Origin: Eledone cirrhosa
Lineage: Eukaryota
Reading direction: 5' to 3'
Length of the DNA: 64,000 nt
Assembly (NCBI GenBank): GCA_964016885.1
Contig: OZ024754.1
Location: 5,518,001-5,582,000 of the forward strand
Positions 44,566 through 60,438 of the stretch are shown here, in pieces; the first letter of the stretch is position 1, and each line of letters begins with the position of its first letter. Position numbers and translations under genes: made by a program. The notes under the pieces are model-generated. The model saw nothing but the letters and a program-made list of their open reading frames with translations, did no database searches and was not told the origin of the DNA.

Positions 44566-45300
44566 AATATATATATATATTTGTATATATATATATGTAT
44601 ATATGCATATATATATATTTATATATATATATATATATATTTTCATATGTATGTATATATATCAATGTGTTTATATATATACATACATATATATATTATA
44701 TGTATGTATGTATGTATATATATATATATATGTATATATATATTATGTGTGTATCTGAGTGTGTGTGTGTGTGTACTATGTGTAAGTATGAGTGTGTGTG
44801 TGTATAATAAGGGGAAAATAAGAAGCTTTGACTGTTGACTGTTCTTTCTGTTATTACAAACAGATGTGTTGGAGATTGTAGACTACGTAAGCCAGTAGGC
44901 AAATCTTCGATATAAATCTGCAGCAAATTGACCGGCCATATTCTATCGTGTGAGGTTTTTCATTAAATGGATTGATCATTTAGCTATCTTGTTACTTCAA
45001 AAGCTGTTTTTTGTTCCACAAAATCTCGATAAAAGACGGGGGAAAAGCCAAAGAACAAAGTAACAAAGATACAAGCAAAGGAAACAGGAAAAAAATCTAC
45101 CTCCACAGATGTATATATAGAAATGTATACAAAAGTATACAAATGTATACAAATGTATACAAATGTGTACAAATGAGTACTCCTCTTTATAAAACACTTC
45201 TTTTAAAGATATGCAACTAAACTAATCAAAAAATAATCATCATGGTACTTTATGATGTCGCTGTTGCCACCACCGTTGTCACTGCTTCTGCTGTTGCTGT

Positions 45301-45348
<48 letters not shown>

Positions 45349-45433
45349 TACTACTACTTCTACTACTACTACTACTACTGCTACTATTACGACTACTAAT
45401 TTCACTACTACTGGTGCTACTTTTAATACTACT

Positions 45434-45504
<71 letters not shown>

Positions 45505-45536
45505 CATGACTACTATAAAAACAGCAATCGTTTTAA

Positions 45537-45908
45537 CCCTTTAGCATTTAAACCGGCCATATCCGGCCAGAATTCTCTCACCTCATTCTGTGCAAACTAG
45601 CCATAACCGGCCACTCATACTGATGTTAAGGTATTGTTCTCAAAACAAATAATTATTTCTACTTCTGGCACAAGGCCAGCTATTACCCACTGTATTACTG
45701 GTACTTTATTTTATCGACCCCGTAAGGGTGAAAGGCAAAGTTAACCTCGACGGGATTTGAACTCAGAATGGCAAGGGCCGTAACTCTTCTCTCTCAAAAC
45801 AAATAATATCAAAATCTCATAGATTCGATATGTGAGATAATTATGTGAGGTAAAGCTTTTACCGTGAAAGTATAATAGTAAATATAGAGCAATGTAAATG
45901 CTAAAGGG
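45537..45908. mobile_element. piggyBac-like MITE with a nested SINE
   Basis: TTAA-ccctttagcattta ... taaatgctaaaggg-TTAA. The SINE at 45654-45790(-) is flanked by TSD tctcaaaacaaataat (45638, 45792). Confidence 0.85.
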
Positions 45909-46998
45909 TTAAGTCCATTTTTCCTACTAAAGCAGAGATTATTAGCGTTGTAGGCCCCTTTGCAGAGCTCATGCTCTTCATGGAGTTCTTCACGAGGAAA
46001 AAGGCTTACGACCGGGCACCCTTCTTGGTACCAACCCCTTTAATACAACCCCTTTGCCGCTTACAATACACAGATACACGGTGTTTATATTCGAAACCGG
46101 AGATAGATATATATCTTAGATATTTCTATAAATCTGTGATTTGAATAATTTAAGGACATCGGTGGCGTGGAGAGGGGTAGCTGGTATGCATGGGTGACTG
46201 CTGGTCTTGTAAAACAATCAAACCTTGCTCAAGCTTGTGCCTCGGTGGCGGGGGGTGGGTTGTGGTGGTGGTGGTGGTGGGGGGGGACTTTCTAGGTGCA
46301 AAACCATGGTCATTAGTGATCGATTGGGGTGTTTAAAAAAAGCCTAACTGATAAAGAATGTAATAAATTGATCCGATCGACTTGAAGATAGAATCGATCT
46401 CAGATTCTGGTAGTGACTGGTTTGGTCTAACACCCAAGCAGATATTGCATCAATTTCCACTCCTACAAATAACTGTAGTCGGAATACGACATAAATATAC
46501 CGACTTTTTGACATATTTCATTGTTTTATAAACTCACAACTCTCGTGTCAAGCAATGCTTTTACACGATCACTGAGATGTATAACGAACTGACACACACA
46601 CACACACACCACACATACCACACACACATACCACACACACATACACACCATACACACACACACACCATATACACACATATACCATACACACGATACACAC
46701 CATACACACACATACACCATACTCACACATATACCACACACACGATACACACCATACACACACATACACCATACACACACACATACCACACAGACATACA
46801 CACCATACACACACATACACCATACACACACATATACCATACACACACACACATATACCACACACATGTGCACACCATACACACACATAAACACACATAC
46901 ACAATAAACACACGCATTGGCACGTAGATATGCACACGCCCATATACACACATATCCATATAACATACATGCATTATATATATATATATATGTATATA

Positions 46999-47108
<110 letters not shown>

Positions 47109-47211
47109 TGCATACATACTCCCGTGCACAAACGCAAACATACACTCATATACACACATACACACATACATATATATGTGTATACAGATATATATATATA
47201 CATATAAATCT

Positions 47212-47249
<38 letters not shown>

Positions 47250-47348
47250 ATATGCATATGTATATACATATATTTGTATATATATATATATAAATATATT
47301 TATATATATATATATATATATACATATGCATATGTATATACATATATT

Positions 47349-47391
<43 letters not shown>

Positions 47392-47532
47392 GCATATGTA
47401 TATATATGTATTTGTGTATATAAATATATATATATATGTATATATATATATATGTATATATATATACACATATATATATATACATATTTACATATATATA
47501 TATATACATATGCATATGTATATACATATATT

Positions 47533-47583
<51 letters not shown>

Positions 47584-47594
47584 ATACATGTATT

Positions 47595-47652
<58 letters not shown>

Positions 47653-47660
47653 CATGTATT

Positions 47661-47705
<45 letters not shown>

Positions 47706-47706
47706 T

Positions 47707-47753
<47 letters not shown>

Positions 47754-48098
47754 ACACACAAAGAGACACTCGGACACTTATCAAGGTAGGTAGGTAGGTA
47801 GATGGCTGTTTGGTTGGCTGGTCGGTTGGATAGGATGGATTGGATAGACAGATGACTTACACCAGCGTAGCTTTCATAAAACCTATTCTATTTTGATACT
47901 GTGCCTCTCCTCGTCTAATCTTATTGGAAATAACACACTAGCTTTCACTTTGACAAGCCGAACATGTTGATATAATGTCAGAAGCGCAGAGATGTGAAGA
48001 ATAATAAGTTTCGCCAGAACCGACACTGACACAAGACTGAGAAACCCACATAGATAAATATGTAATTACATATATACATAAATATACACATACATACA

Positions 48099-48132
<34 letters not shown>

Positions 48133-48146
48133 CATACACACGTATA

Positions 48147-48698
48147 TGGTGGCTGCCAACTCGTTTTCGAATAAGGCCACTACTTTATATCCATGTAGGA
48201 GAACCCCTACCGATGCGCTGAACGAGTGTGACTTTTTAGTCCAGCCAGCGACTTGAAAACTCTGGTACAAACACTACACTTGTGACAATTATTGACACAT
48301 AGTGCTTTGCCTTTGGTACCATGTGACGACAAGTGCAGAGAGATCTCCAGATACAAAGCAATGCCTGTGCCGTGAAGCTTTTATAGTGAGCAAAGGCACT
48401 GCACAATGCCAGTCCCACTCTCTTAACCGAGATGATATTTACCAAAACGAAGAACAAGTCAACATCATTGGATACCATCAGGGTTGCAGGTGTTATATCA
48501 GAGTTTTCCTTCTCCTAGAATTCTGCCTTGACAAAGGCTAAGGGGTCATCTCTCCCACTGATTTTGGATGGCCATTGACTCTTAAGAGCTCCTTTGCCCT
48601 TTGACAGGTTTTGTTTTTAGTCCTGCAGGATGTCCAAAGTCACCCTCCTCACCAAGAAACCTTGGTGGGGTTGCCAGTTTAGTCTCCAACGACCCGAC
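48147..48698 (-). mobile_element. Same element, copy 2 (5'-truncated at the position equivalent to ~4672)
   Basis: Reverse complement of 4672-5223. (CATA)n on both sides. Confidence 0.85.
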
Positions 48699-48955
48699 AT
48701 ACATACATACATACATACATACATACATACATACATACATACATACATACATACATACATACATACATACATACATACATACATTGGTACATACATACAC
48801 ACATATATACAAACACAGCAAACCTCCACTGCTCACATAAAATATACCCAAACCAAGCAACTATTAAAACATATCAGACAATATACATTTTAGACACACA
48901 CACACATATATAAGTGTGTGTATCTGCATATACACATACACACACATATATACAC

Positions 48956-49036
<81 letters not shown>

Positions 49037-49039
49037 TAT

Positions 49040-49181
49040 AAGAACAAAAGATGGTTAAAAGAGTTCCATTTTAACCATCTTTTGTTCTTATATATTATGT
49101 AGACTCCAGTCCTACAAACTGTAGAGTGCTTCTTATCCGATATCTGCATTGCTTTATTGTACTACAATAAAACTCACCACC

Positions 49182-49185
<4 letters not shown>
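49040..49185 (+). mobile_element. Short fold-back element (family G): 21-bp perfect arms plus tail
   Basis: aagaacaaaagatggttaaaa-gagttcca-ttttaaccatcttttgttctt, then a tail containing gtagagtgct. (TA)n on both sides. Confidence 0.7.
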
Positions 49186-49264
<79 letters not shown>

Positions 49265-49342
49265 ATGTGGTTGAAGGCTGAGAGAAATGATAGCAAGCGA
49301 AACTCTCCAGTAACAAGACTCACGTTTTAGCCCTAATAATAG

Positions 49343-49416
<74 letters not shown>

Positions 49417-49420
49417 TATA

Positions 49421-49863
49421 TGCAAAAGTTTTATTTAAAATTGTTGGGTTACAACAAGTAAATATTTTATAACTGATATAAAGCACTCGACAAATTTTTG
49501 GAGTAGATATACGATATTAAACAAATGGAAACTATATTTATAAAACCATATTTATTTCATTATACATATTTTAGGGATACCATATTAAAAATATGGCATG
49601 CCTTCGTCAGATAAAATACAATATATAAACAGTTTTATAAATAATTTTGACGTACCATAATATAAGCGACCATTAAATTACCAAGGCAGCCTCCTAATTT
49701 AATGGTCGCTTATATTATGGTACGTCAAAATTATTTATAAAACTGTTTATATATTGTATTTTATCTGACGAAGGCATGCCATATTTTTAATATGGTATCC
49801 CTGAAATATGTATAATGAAATAAATATGGTTTTATAAATATAGTTTCCATTTGTTTAATATCG
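49421..49863 (-). mobile_element. Family B fold-back element (169-bp arms, 14-nt spacer, tail on left)
   Basis: 49512-49680 is inverted relative to 49695-49863. Flanked by (TA)n. Confidence 0.9.
49757..49822 (+). ncRNA. Type I hammerhead ribozyme (family B)
   Basis: tattttat CTGACGA agg-catgccatatt..aatatggtatc-cct GAAA tatgta TA atgaaata. Confidence 0.85.
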
Positions 49864-50007
<144 letters not shown>

Positions 50008-50069
50008 TATATACATATATATATATATATTCGTGTTGTCCAAAATTAGAACCAATGACTAGGTCTGTT

Positions 50070-50277
50070 AGTTCACAGTATCGGTAGAGCGTCGAACAAC
50101 TTTCTTTGTGGCATATACTTACGTCCCTTTACATTCTGAGTTGAAATGCCACCGAGGTTAGCTTTGCATTTCATCCGTCCATAAAATAAAGTACCAGTAA
50201 TGCACTGGGCTCGACTTAGTCGACATTCCCCTCCCCACAAAATTGTTAGGAATCTGCCTAAATCAGAGAACATTATT
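50070..50277 (+). mobile_element. SINE group 1, diverged subfamily
   Basis: cagtatcggtagagcg...ctgagttgaaat...aaaataaagtaccagtaatgcactggg. Confidence 0.75.
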
Positions 50278-51624
50278 GTTGATTAGTCCAAGCTCATCCC
50301 TGGCCCCTCGGGCTTACGTTTCCATTCGTTCTAACCGTAATAATCGCATTTATTTTCAAACATATTTTATCTAGAACTACATCATCATTTTTCTAGGTGC
50401 AGAGTGTGATTTATGGAAGATTTGGTTGTTTTTTCTTGCAGGTCGAGTTACCACATAATGACCCTCTGCGTTGGACATATAATTAAAGATGGTCACCAAT
50501 TCGTTTGATGTTTATATGTGACGTGTATGGATATAATTTTGTAAGTTAATATCGTTGCTTCCATTTGCGGTTTAGCATCCTGTTAAATAACTTAAATATG
50601 TTCCCATATGAATTCATAGAGACATGAATTTATACATACATGCATACATAGATTTATACATACATACATATATACATACATAGACATACGCATGTACGCG
50701 TGCAATTATATAACCCCACATCCACAGACCTTCACTAGAAACGTTCATCTCACTCTCTCTTCATCCCCCTCTCCATTTCTATATATATATAAATAAATCT
50801 TCTACGAACGCATGTATGTATACATGTACGGAGATGTATATGTGTTCGCGAATATACGTCTTATACTTGCAATTTATTGCATGTGTGCGTGTGTGAGTGT
50901 GTAAGGTGTTTGAGCGCGTGTGTGTAATGTATTCGTGTGTGTTTATGCGTGTGTGTAGGTTATAGTGTCTATGAGTGAGTTGTATGTATGTTTGCACATT
51001 ATTTCTCTTATATCTTCTCTTGTCCACGTGTCTCCCTAGCATTCACTGTGATCAGATCAAATAATCTGAACGCAATTTGCCCCCAAGAGCTCAAACTAAT
51101 CTCTCGCCAGCCATCATATCCTCTTAAGGCGCTCTCTTGATGCTTTCTGTTGATTTGTCTCTGAAGTCCAGTAGAAGGATCGCCCTGCACTTTTGCTGGA
51201 TAACTTAGCTGTCAACAATACGAGAAATAATTGGACTCCAACATACTGTCATTTTTGACAAACATTCAGGTTTAATTCACTTTTCCTTTCGGCGAATGTT
51301 ATATCGATTGTCGTCTGTCTTGGCAGATATCTCTCTTATTTTCAATTTTCCTTTTTGTTTTATGAGAGGAAAGCAGAGCTTTCCACAGCTTTTAGTCGCT
51401 TGCAAAGACGATGTCTTCGGTTCTTAGTATTAAAACCATATTACATTTGATAAAGGAGTGGGTTAAGTTTTAGCGTAAAACAAAACTAACTCTTTCGGTG
51501 GTCAGGAAATGTATGTAAAGTATGATAAAAATACTTTCACATATTTGTGTCTTTATACACACATATATATATATATATGCCTATATATGCATATGTATGC
51601 ATATATATATGCATATATATATGC

Positions 51625-51656
<32 letters not shown>

Positions 51657-51676
51657 GTATATATATCTATGTATAT

Positions 51677-51710
<34 letters not shown>

Positions 51711-51743
51711 ACACACACATATATATGTATATTTATATATATT

Positions 51744-51835
<92 letters not shown>

Positions 51836-51908
51836 TATGTATATGTATATGTATATATACATATATATATATACACATATATATATATATATGTATATAT
51901 ATGTGTAT

Positions 51909-51942
<34 letters not shown>

Positions 51943-52299
51943 GTGTGTGTATATATGTGTGTGTGTGTGTGTGTGGTGGATATATGTACATATGAAATAA
52001 GTACACATATTTACACAAAAATATTCAATACAACCTTTTGTTGAAACTTCAAATAGTCGCGTCTATGAACACAGCACGGCAGTATAAGGTTACTAAACAT
52101 AGCAACCTATGGTTATGTAGATAGCTTTTATATATTGCGTACAAATAAGGAAAAATATATAATCAGTTCTTCTGTTTACACACGAGGAACATCTTCAGTC
52201 AAGTATCTTGGATCTTCCAAAGACAATACCGTAGTTTCAGCATATAGAGTTATATCACCTGTCCTCAGGTAGCGAATACGTGAAGGGCCTCTAGAAAAC

Positions 52300-52655
52300 T
52301 TAACAACATCCTATCTTTAATAACAATGGAGCTAAAGGCGAGCGAGGCACTTGTCCCCCGGAACAGATACAAACTATGCAGTGTGGAAATGCCTCAACCG
52401 ATCAAGATCTGGTGTTGGTCTTACAAAAGCCAATCTGGCAAAATGGGGATATTTAAAGGATGAGGACGTTGTGTGTGTCTTAGACATCAAACTACAGACT
52501 ACACAGCACCTCCTGATATTCCCCCTGCTGGAACACCCCTGCACAGTATTGGACTTGGCAGAGTTTAATAAGAAAGAACAGCAATGTGTTCAGCTGTCGC
52601 AGAACCACATCTCGCCAAGCTTTGTAACTAACACTCTTGTGGACACGATAAGAAG
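52300..52655 (+). mobile_element. Ingi/Vingi-like (I group) LINE 3' fragment
   Basis: WKCLNRSRSGVGLTKANLAKWGY...C....QTTQHLL..P is a degenerate CCHC-knuckle C-terminus. Confidence 0.7.
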
Positions 52656-52804
52656 TGGCGTGTATGAAGATAAGCTATTCTGAAACAAACATGCGCTACA
52701 TAGGGTCACAGGTGGAACATTATGATTAAAGTCCCTAATACTTCAGAGTGTAAATTATTGGGATTACGCGTTATTCATATACAGAACAAATGTTTTTAAA
52801 ATTA

Positions 52805-53097
52805 TTTCACAGCTCTAGCATCACTCTTTATAGGCTGACCAAGATGATCTAATTGAATTACCAAATGAGGTTTATTTTTCAACATAGTCCCTGGAAAGAA
52901 ACAATTTCGTTAATAAGAAGAAAATAATGCTTGCAAAATTTCACAGCTCTAGCATCACTTCTTCCTAAGCTGACCAAGATACTGTCATGGAATGATCAAA
53001 TGAAGTTTATGTTTCAACATAGTCCTTGGGAAAGAAACAATGTTTCTATAAGTTACAAGAGTTGCAAATAATGCATGCAAGATTTCACAGCTCTAGC
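52805..53097. repeat. ~135-145-bp tandem duplication (2+ units)
   Basis: tttcacagctctagc recurs three times, with shared spacer sequence. Confidence 0.8.
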
Positions 53098-53853
53098 TGT
53101 CCAAGGTAATTTCATGGAATGAGGGTGTGTGCCAGTGTATGTGTATGATTGTGTATGTAAGTATAAGCGCATGTGCATATATAGGTGTATGTATGTCTGT
53201 GAGCGAGTGTTTGTGTGTGTGCACGGTGGTTATGTGTGTGTTTGTTAGATTGTGTGTGTTGCTACCATTGCGATGAACATCTGACTCAATAATTTTGTAA
53301 CTAATTATGTGTGTGTGTGTATATGTGTATATGTGCGTGTGTGTGTGTATGTGCGTGTGCCTGTATGTGTATCTGTGTGCGTGTATGCGTGCATATATAT
53401 GTGTATGTGTGTGCGTGTGTGTGTATGTATGTGTGCGTGTGTGTATATGTGCATTGTTCATATTTGCGTAAGTGAATGTGTCTGTGTGTTTTGGGTGTGT
53501 TTATGTGTGTGTGTGTGCCATGTGTTTGAATGAGTGTGTGTATGGGTATGTGTCTGTATGAGTTCATATGTATGTGTATGTGTGCGTATGTATGCACGTA
53601 CATATGTATACCTGTATGTATATGTATGTGTATGTGTGTATGTATGTGTATGTGTACGTATCTTTCTCCTTATGTGTCTATGTGTGTGTGTATCTCTATC
53701 TCCCTCTCTTTTTCTCTCCCTTTCTCTCTTTCTCTCCCTTTCTCTCACTTCTTCCTCTTTCTCTCACCCTCTCACTTTCTCTCACCCTCTATCCCCCTCT
53801 CTCCCTCTCTCTCTCTCTCTACTTTCTCCGTCTCTCCCCCTTCTCTCTCTCTC

Positions 53854-53894
<41 letters not shown>

Positions 53895-54290
53895 TCTCTC
53901 GCTCTCTCTGTATGTATGTTTAAAAGAGAGAAGTTCTCTATTCAACAAGAAGCTGACATTAGTATGCAAACATTCTGTTGGTTACGCAGTTCTGTTCAGA
54001 CATTTTGACTGGCGGTACGACATATTAGATTCTCAACTACAATAAATCAGCCAGCATCGAGGCTTGGTTAAGCCAGCCGATCAATGGCGACTATACAGCT
54101 GTCAGTTGTGTCATATACATTGAGAGATATTGGCGGAGTTTAGATAGAAATTTCTCCGTCGGAGTTTCTCTTAAATCATAACTCAATACAAACATTTATT
54201 TTATCGTCAAGTTGTCTTCTCTCTTCTCTATTCTCGTGACTTCGATATCGCTGTGTGCCTCTGTGTGTGTGTGTTTGTGTCTCTCTCTGT

Positions 54291-54336
<46 letters not shown>

Positions 54337-54588
54337 CTCTGTGTGTATGTCTGTGTGTGTGTGTGTGCTTCTGTGTATGTGTCTGTGTGTGTGCCTGTGT
54401 GTGTGCGCGAGTTCGTGTTTACGTATGTGTATGTACGTATGTATGTATGGATGTATGTATGGATGGATGGAAGGATAGATGTATGTATGTATATAGGTAT
54501 GTATGTATAGATATATATGTATTTATGTATGTAGGAATAGGAAAAAAGTCCGGCTAAGCTCCGGACATTTCGGCAGGTATATATATAA

Positions 54589-54721
<133 letters not shown>

Positions 54722-54882
54722 TATAAGAATGCGTATGAGTGTGTGAGCGTGTGTGTGTGTGTGTGTCTGCCTCTTTGTCTGTGTGTCTGTTAGTCTGCAG
54801 GTGCGTGTGGCCAGCAACGAAAAACGGAATCAAAGTTATACCCGTGTATACATACAAACAACAAACATAAACACACGCTCAC

Positions 54883-54960
<78 letters not shown>

Positions 54961-55535
54961 TACCGACAGACAGACAGACATACAGATAGATAGATATTTG
55001 ATGCCTGTCGACGTGCAATGACCAGCCTTTGCATATGTCCACCTTTCCTTTAAAAGTGTTGTCGGTCTACAAGAACCCACTCCCCATCAGCCATCAGCCC
55101 GTTGAAGTAGAAGAAAGCAGTATTCGGTGACAAAAGATTTGCAACATATCCCGCTTCTACTACCTTTTCTGTTTCTCAAATATCAGATGTATCGACATTT
55201 CATAGTCACCTACGTACATGATATTGCCATCATTCCACGGAAAAATCTGAGATCTGTATGTGGCAAGGACAGTTTATACTTGGACGTGCGCTAGGTTGGT
55301 TGTTGGAGGAAAAATTAAAAACGGTGAAAATGAAAAAATCTAGGCGCAAAATTATCTACCTAACAGTTTGCATAGTAACCAAACCCTTGGCACTCACCCG
55401 AACCCCATTCTGAAATATTTCAATTTAAGCTCCTACAACCAAAAGCAAAGCGAAGTTGCCAGTGACTTTAAACACAGCCAGTTTTAAGTACTCGTATCCT
55501 TCTTTCATGTGACTTTACATAACCATGTAATTCCA

Positions 55536-55626
<91 letters not shown>

Positions 55627-55701
55627 GTTCGGTTTATGTGCGTAAGTATATATACACACATACACACACACTCACATCTATATATATATATATATATATA
55701 T

Positions 55702-56002
55702 AGGAACAAGTATAACCCCGACGGCAGAGCTCAAGCCGTTTCGACGGCTAATTCTGGACTAGACTAAATAAGAATTTTTAGCATGGTAAATAAATCTTCC
55801 CATATAAGGAATCACCACCTGAGAAGTTCGGCTATTTATTTACCAGGCTAAAAATTCTTATTTAGTCCAGAATTAGCCGTCGAAACGGCTTGAGCTCTGC
55901 CGTCGGGGTCATACTTGTTCCTATTACCCACTCTACCTCCCTAAGTATTGAGTACTTTGGTGCGTTATGGTCCATCTGGTTCCTTACCACACCTCCTTCG
56001 TT
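55702..56002 (+). mobile_element. Family A copy 5 (longest arms, ~35 nt spacer)
   Basis: Arms extend to ctaaataagaatttttagc / gctaaaaattcttatttag. Tail ends ccttcgtt(at)n. Confidence 0.85.
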
Positions 56003-56087
56003 ATATATATATATATATATATATATACTTACTCCCACGTACAAACACACAGATGCATCTACACACACACTCACAGATACAGGCACA

Positions 56088-56169
<82 letters not shown>

Positions 56170-56427
56170 TACGCTCCATCTACCGAGTCAGTTATTGATT
56201 TATCTATGTCCAAGAAATAATCAGCTATCTACATAGCAAGGCCCAGCAAACCAATCATTTATGTTAGTCATCCATACCATACAGACATAAATATGTTATG
56301 TTCTGTTGTTCAGCCGCCGATCATGGCTTCATATATTTCAGGGTCGTTATGTAGGGAGATAAATATAGGAGAGGCCTATCTCACTGACGTCGACAACTCA
56401 AAATTGATGTGGATGATGATGATGATG

Positions 56428-56462
<35 letters not shown>

Positions 56463-56495
56463 GTTGATGTTGTCGACGATCCTAGTGATTGTAAT

Positions 56496-56527
<32 letters not shown>

Positions 56528-56865
56528 TGATGATGATGATGATGTCGACAACGATGACGGCGACGACGACGACGACGACTACGATGAAAGCAATCCATTC
56601 CTAAATGCAGCCAACCAGCTGTCATGCACCCATCTACTCGTCCATCTATACAAAACATTCATCTAGCTTTCTTTCCGTTCTTTTTTTTATCAGTTTGTAT
56701 TTCAGTCATCGACCTACCCATATTTCCATCCATTCATCTATCTATATATCCATCTATCTATCTATCTGTATGTAAAATCCCCGGCATATGTCCTTGTATT
56801 GTCCCCTTTTCTTGTGCGCCCTTGTGGCAAATAAAGAAATCTATCTAGCTATCTATCTATGTATG

Positions 56866-56923
<58 letters not shown>

Positions 56924-57125
56924 CTCTTCGTACTCCTGGAGATGAGGGTTGCACATTTTTTCGGGGGTATGTGTTACCCATATAAACTGTCTCCCCCTAT
57001 TGGGGAAAATCGACTAACTTTTTTAATTGCATTTGTGATAACATTTTACACGTTTTTATTGTATGTAAACTTCCCCCTTTGTATTTGTCCCCTTCTTTTG
57101 TGCCCCTGTGGCTAATAAAGAAACA

Positions 57126-57184
<59 letters not shown>

Positions 57185-57587
57185 ATATCTATCTATCCAC
57201 TTATCCTTTCATCCACAGCCCTTCTCTCTTTTATGTCCCCTTTCCCCGTTCCATTAGATCCATCTGAATTATTTATTTATTTACTTAATTTTTACCATCT
57301 CATAATTGTGACGGGGGGCGTGGTATTTTGTCGCAACACCGCCTATTTGATCCAATTCTAGTTACATTTCCCACGAGACAGATTTCAATTACATTTATTA
57401 AGAATTCCACACTTTGGTTCGTCTATTCAAGATTGGTACTGCCACTGTCACATAAGAATGGTCAATTTCGCTCCTAATGAAGATTACACACTATCTAAGT
57501 GTTTAGTAATCAGTATAGTTGTGTAAGTCTATCTTCTGTTCCTCATTGTTTATCGCATTAGAGATAACATTGCAGTCTTAATGTAGC

Positions 57588-58135
57588 AAACCAACAAACC
57601 AACAAACCAACAAACCAACAAACCAACAAACCTACAAACAACCGAACCAGAAATCGGGAATCCAACGAGCAGCCAAATCTTCAAACCACAGGAAACCAAC
57701 AGAAAATCAGCAAAACACCAAACCAGCAAACTAGAAAGCCATCAAACCACTAAACTAGTAAACCAACAAACGAACAAGCCAGGAAATCATCTAACCATCT
57801 AACCATCAAACCACCAAACCAGTAAACCAACAAACCACCAAACTAGTATACCAACAAACCACCAAACCAACGAACCGCCAAACCAACAAACCATCAAACC
57901 AGAAAATCATCAAACCACCAAACCAACAAACCACCATACCGCCAAACCAACAAACCACCAAACCACCAAACCAACAGAAAGCCAGCAAACCATCAAATCA
58001 CCAAACCAAGAGATCAAGAAACCAGAAAATCAACAAACCAACAAACTACTATACCAACAAACCACCAAACCCCCAAACCCCCAAACCATCAAATCACCAA
58101 ACCAAGAGAACAAGGAACCAGAACACCAACAAACG
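57588..58135. repeat. Degenerate (AAACCAAC/AAACCACC)n 8-bp satellite
   Basis: Direct reading. Confidence 0.85.
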
Positions 58136-58320
58136 TATAAATCAATCAACACGACCAACAAAGAAACCTCAGAGGAACCCTGAAAACCAACGACACACCA
58201 AATTAACAGACGTCCAATATAGAGATTGTCAGCCAGTTATGGTTCCTACGGCCGACACTATAAATACAGGAGCCAGTTATTATCAAACCCAAGATCCGAC
58301 TTTTATCTATAATTTCTTAC

Positions 58321-58435
58321 CTACACAAGTAGTTTTCTGTCAATGTCTACTTGCAACTGTCCAAGAGAAACGGTAAGGACATTCCTGTCAACGAACCTGG
58401 AGGGCCTATGCTGTAGTTAGACTCAGTAGCTCTAC
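58321..58435 (-). other. Candidate 115-nt exon (stops in all frames, so non-coding or stop-containing)
   Basis: Minus-strand acceptor ttttctttttcatttatttgctctag| and donor |gtaaga. Confidence 0.25.
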
Positions 58436-59764
58436 CTAGAGCAAATAAATGAAAAAGAAAAGGAATCCATTCTAGTAGCTTAATTAATTCTTTAACTTCT
58501 CCTACGTGATTAAACTTACGTTGCAGTGTTTATCTTTAATTTCACCATAATAAGTTGTAATGCATCACTCACATTATATGCAACGTCCATTTGCTTCTAT
58601 AATCTTGGATAATTGTGAGGTTCACTAAATTCTGTGAAATTTATCAAGTTACAGTTTGTTCTCTAGTGCTCTTCCTACTGCTGCTGTTGCTGCTGCACCG
58701 TTCTTGATGTTGTTGTTGCTGCTGCTGTTTCTGCTGCTGCTGAAAATTATCAATACTTATTTCTCAAAACATGTGTTCACAAATTTCTGTCGCAATTTAC
58801 GAAATGGCATGTACATTTAACAAATCATGCGATTATTTCTAAATGATTAATTCTCTTCACGGCATAGAATAGGTTTAGTAATGCCAGCTGAAATAGATTT
58901 TTCTTTTCACAGGAGCAGCATAGCAGGTATTTTATCATTACTCGTGGATTGCACACTTCATAAGCTTTAAAATAAGCAATATTTTTTCCAGTGTATGTTT
59001 ATTTTCCTTTTTTTATCATTACCTAGAATACAAATATTTAGAAGGATTTTCATACCAGTCGAAATTGCTACACACATCACTTGATACTTGTAAAAACAGA
59101 ACTACTGAGGCATATAAAATATATATACTCAGTTAATATTTAGATAACTTAGATTACATTTTGATTATATTTCTTTTTATGAAGTTTTTTTTTTCTTTCA
59201 TAGATATATTTTTCTTTGCTCGAAAGTAAAAAAATAATAAAATATTCTTCCAAATCCGTTCATCTTCAGAGCTGTAATAAACAGAGTTTGTAAAGAAATT
59301 TCATCCATGTTATGTTAAAACGTTACAAATATATACTAAGTTGTGTCCTGTTAGTGAAAGCACGAATACTACATATGTTTCTCCCTGTAGTTTAAAAGGT
59401 ATATATTTAACAATACAGAAATATTTATGCTGCATTAAATAACAGATATAAATTATTTGTGGATAAAATTCAAGCCTAAGGAAGATGGAAATAGTATCTT
59501 GTGAGATGTGTAAATACTCTGCTTCCTTGCAAAATTGTCTCATGATATAGTATAATATACAATATCGATATAATATAATATAATATAATACAATATAATT
59601 GTTCTACTTTTGGCACAAGGCCAGCAATTACTCAGTGCATTACAGGTACTTTATTTTATCGAACACAACATATGTTTCTTCCTGTAGTTTAAAAGGTATA
59701 TATTTAAATATAATACAATATAATGCATAATAAAATATAATACATTATACAACATAGTATATAT

Positions 59765-59799
<35 letters not shown>

Positions 59800-59801
<2 letters not shown>

Positions 59802-59979
59802 CGAAGGAGGTGTGGTAAGGAACCAGATGGACCATAACGCACCAGAGTACTCAATACTTAGGGTAGTAGAGTGGGTAATAGGAAAATGTTTAACCCCGAC
59901 GGCAGAGCTCAAGCCGTTTCGACGGCTATTTCTGAAAATAGCCGTCGAAACGGCTTGAGCTCTGCCGTTGGGGTTAAAC

Positions 59980-59983
<4 letters not shown>
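59800..59983 (-). mobile_element. Family A copy 6
   Basis: Reverse copy. The variant aaatgtttaacccc/ggggttaaacattt is present in both arms. Confidence 0.85.
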
Positions 59984-60033
<50 letters not shown>

Positions 60034-60037
<4 letters not shown>

Positions 60038-60151
60038 AGAGATGGGACCAGGACGGCAGAGCTCCGGCGTTTCGATCGCTAGTTCCGATCAGTTCGGATC
60101 TAGCTGTCGAAACGGTCGGAGCTCTGATGTTGTGGTCCTGACTCTTTTCCC
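60034..60151. mobile_element. Diverged family-A-like imperfect palindrome in (TA)n
   Basis: gaaaagag...gacggcagagctccggcgtttcga / tcgaaacggtcggagctctga...ctcttttc. Confidence 0.7.
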
Positions 60152-60376
60152 ATATATATATATTGTATATACACTATGTTATATAATGTATTATATTTTA
60201 TTAAGCATTAGAGAGAGAGATAGGGGGCGGGGAGAGGGAGAGGTTGATTTAGGAAGCATTGGGTAGATTTGAAATTTGAAATGGGTACGTCACTACACAA
60301 ATGACCATACTAATAGTTGATCAATATAAATAAAAGTTGAGAAAATAGTAAAGTAATCGGTACATAAACACACACT

Positions 60377-60434
<58 letters not shown>

Positions 60435-60438
<4 letters not shown>

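Noticed and set aside
51008-51280. Possible LINE fragment (also 37574-37804)
   Set aside because: No diagnostic motif recognisable with confidence.
58913-58970. Plus-strand acceptor ttttcttttcacag with a possible micro-exon or terminal exon
   Set aside because: Weak donor, short peptide and no supporting evidence.
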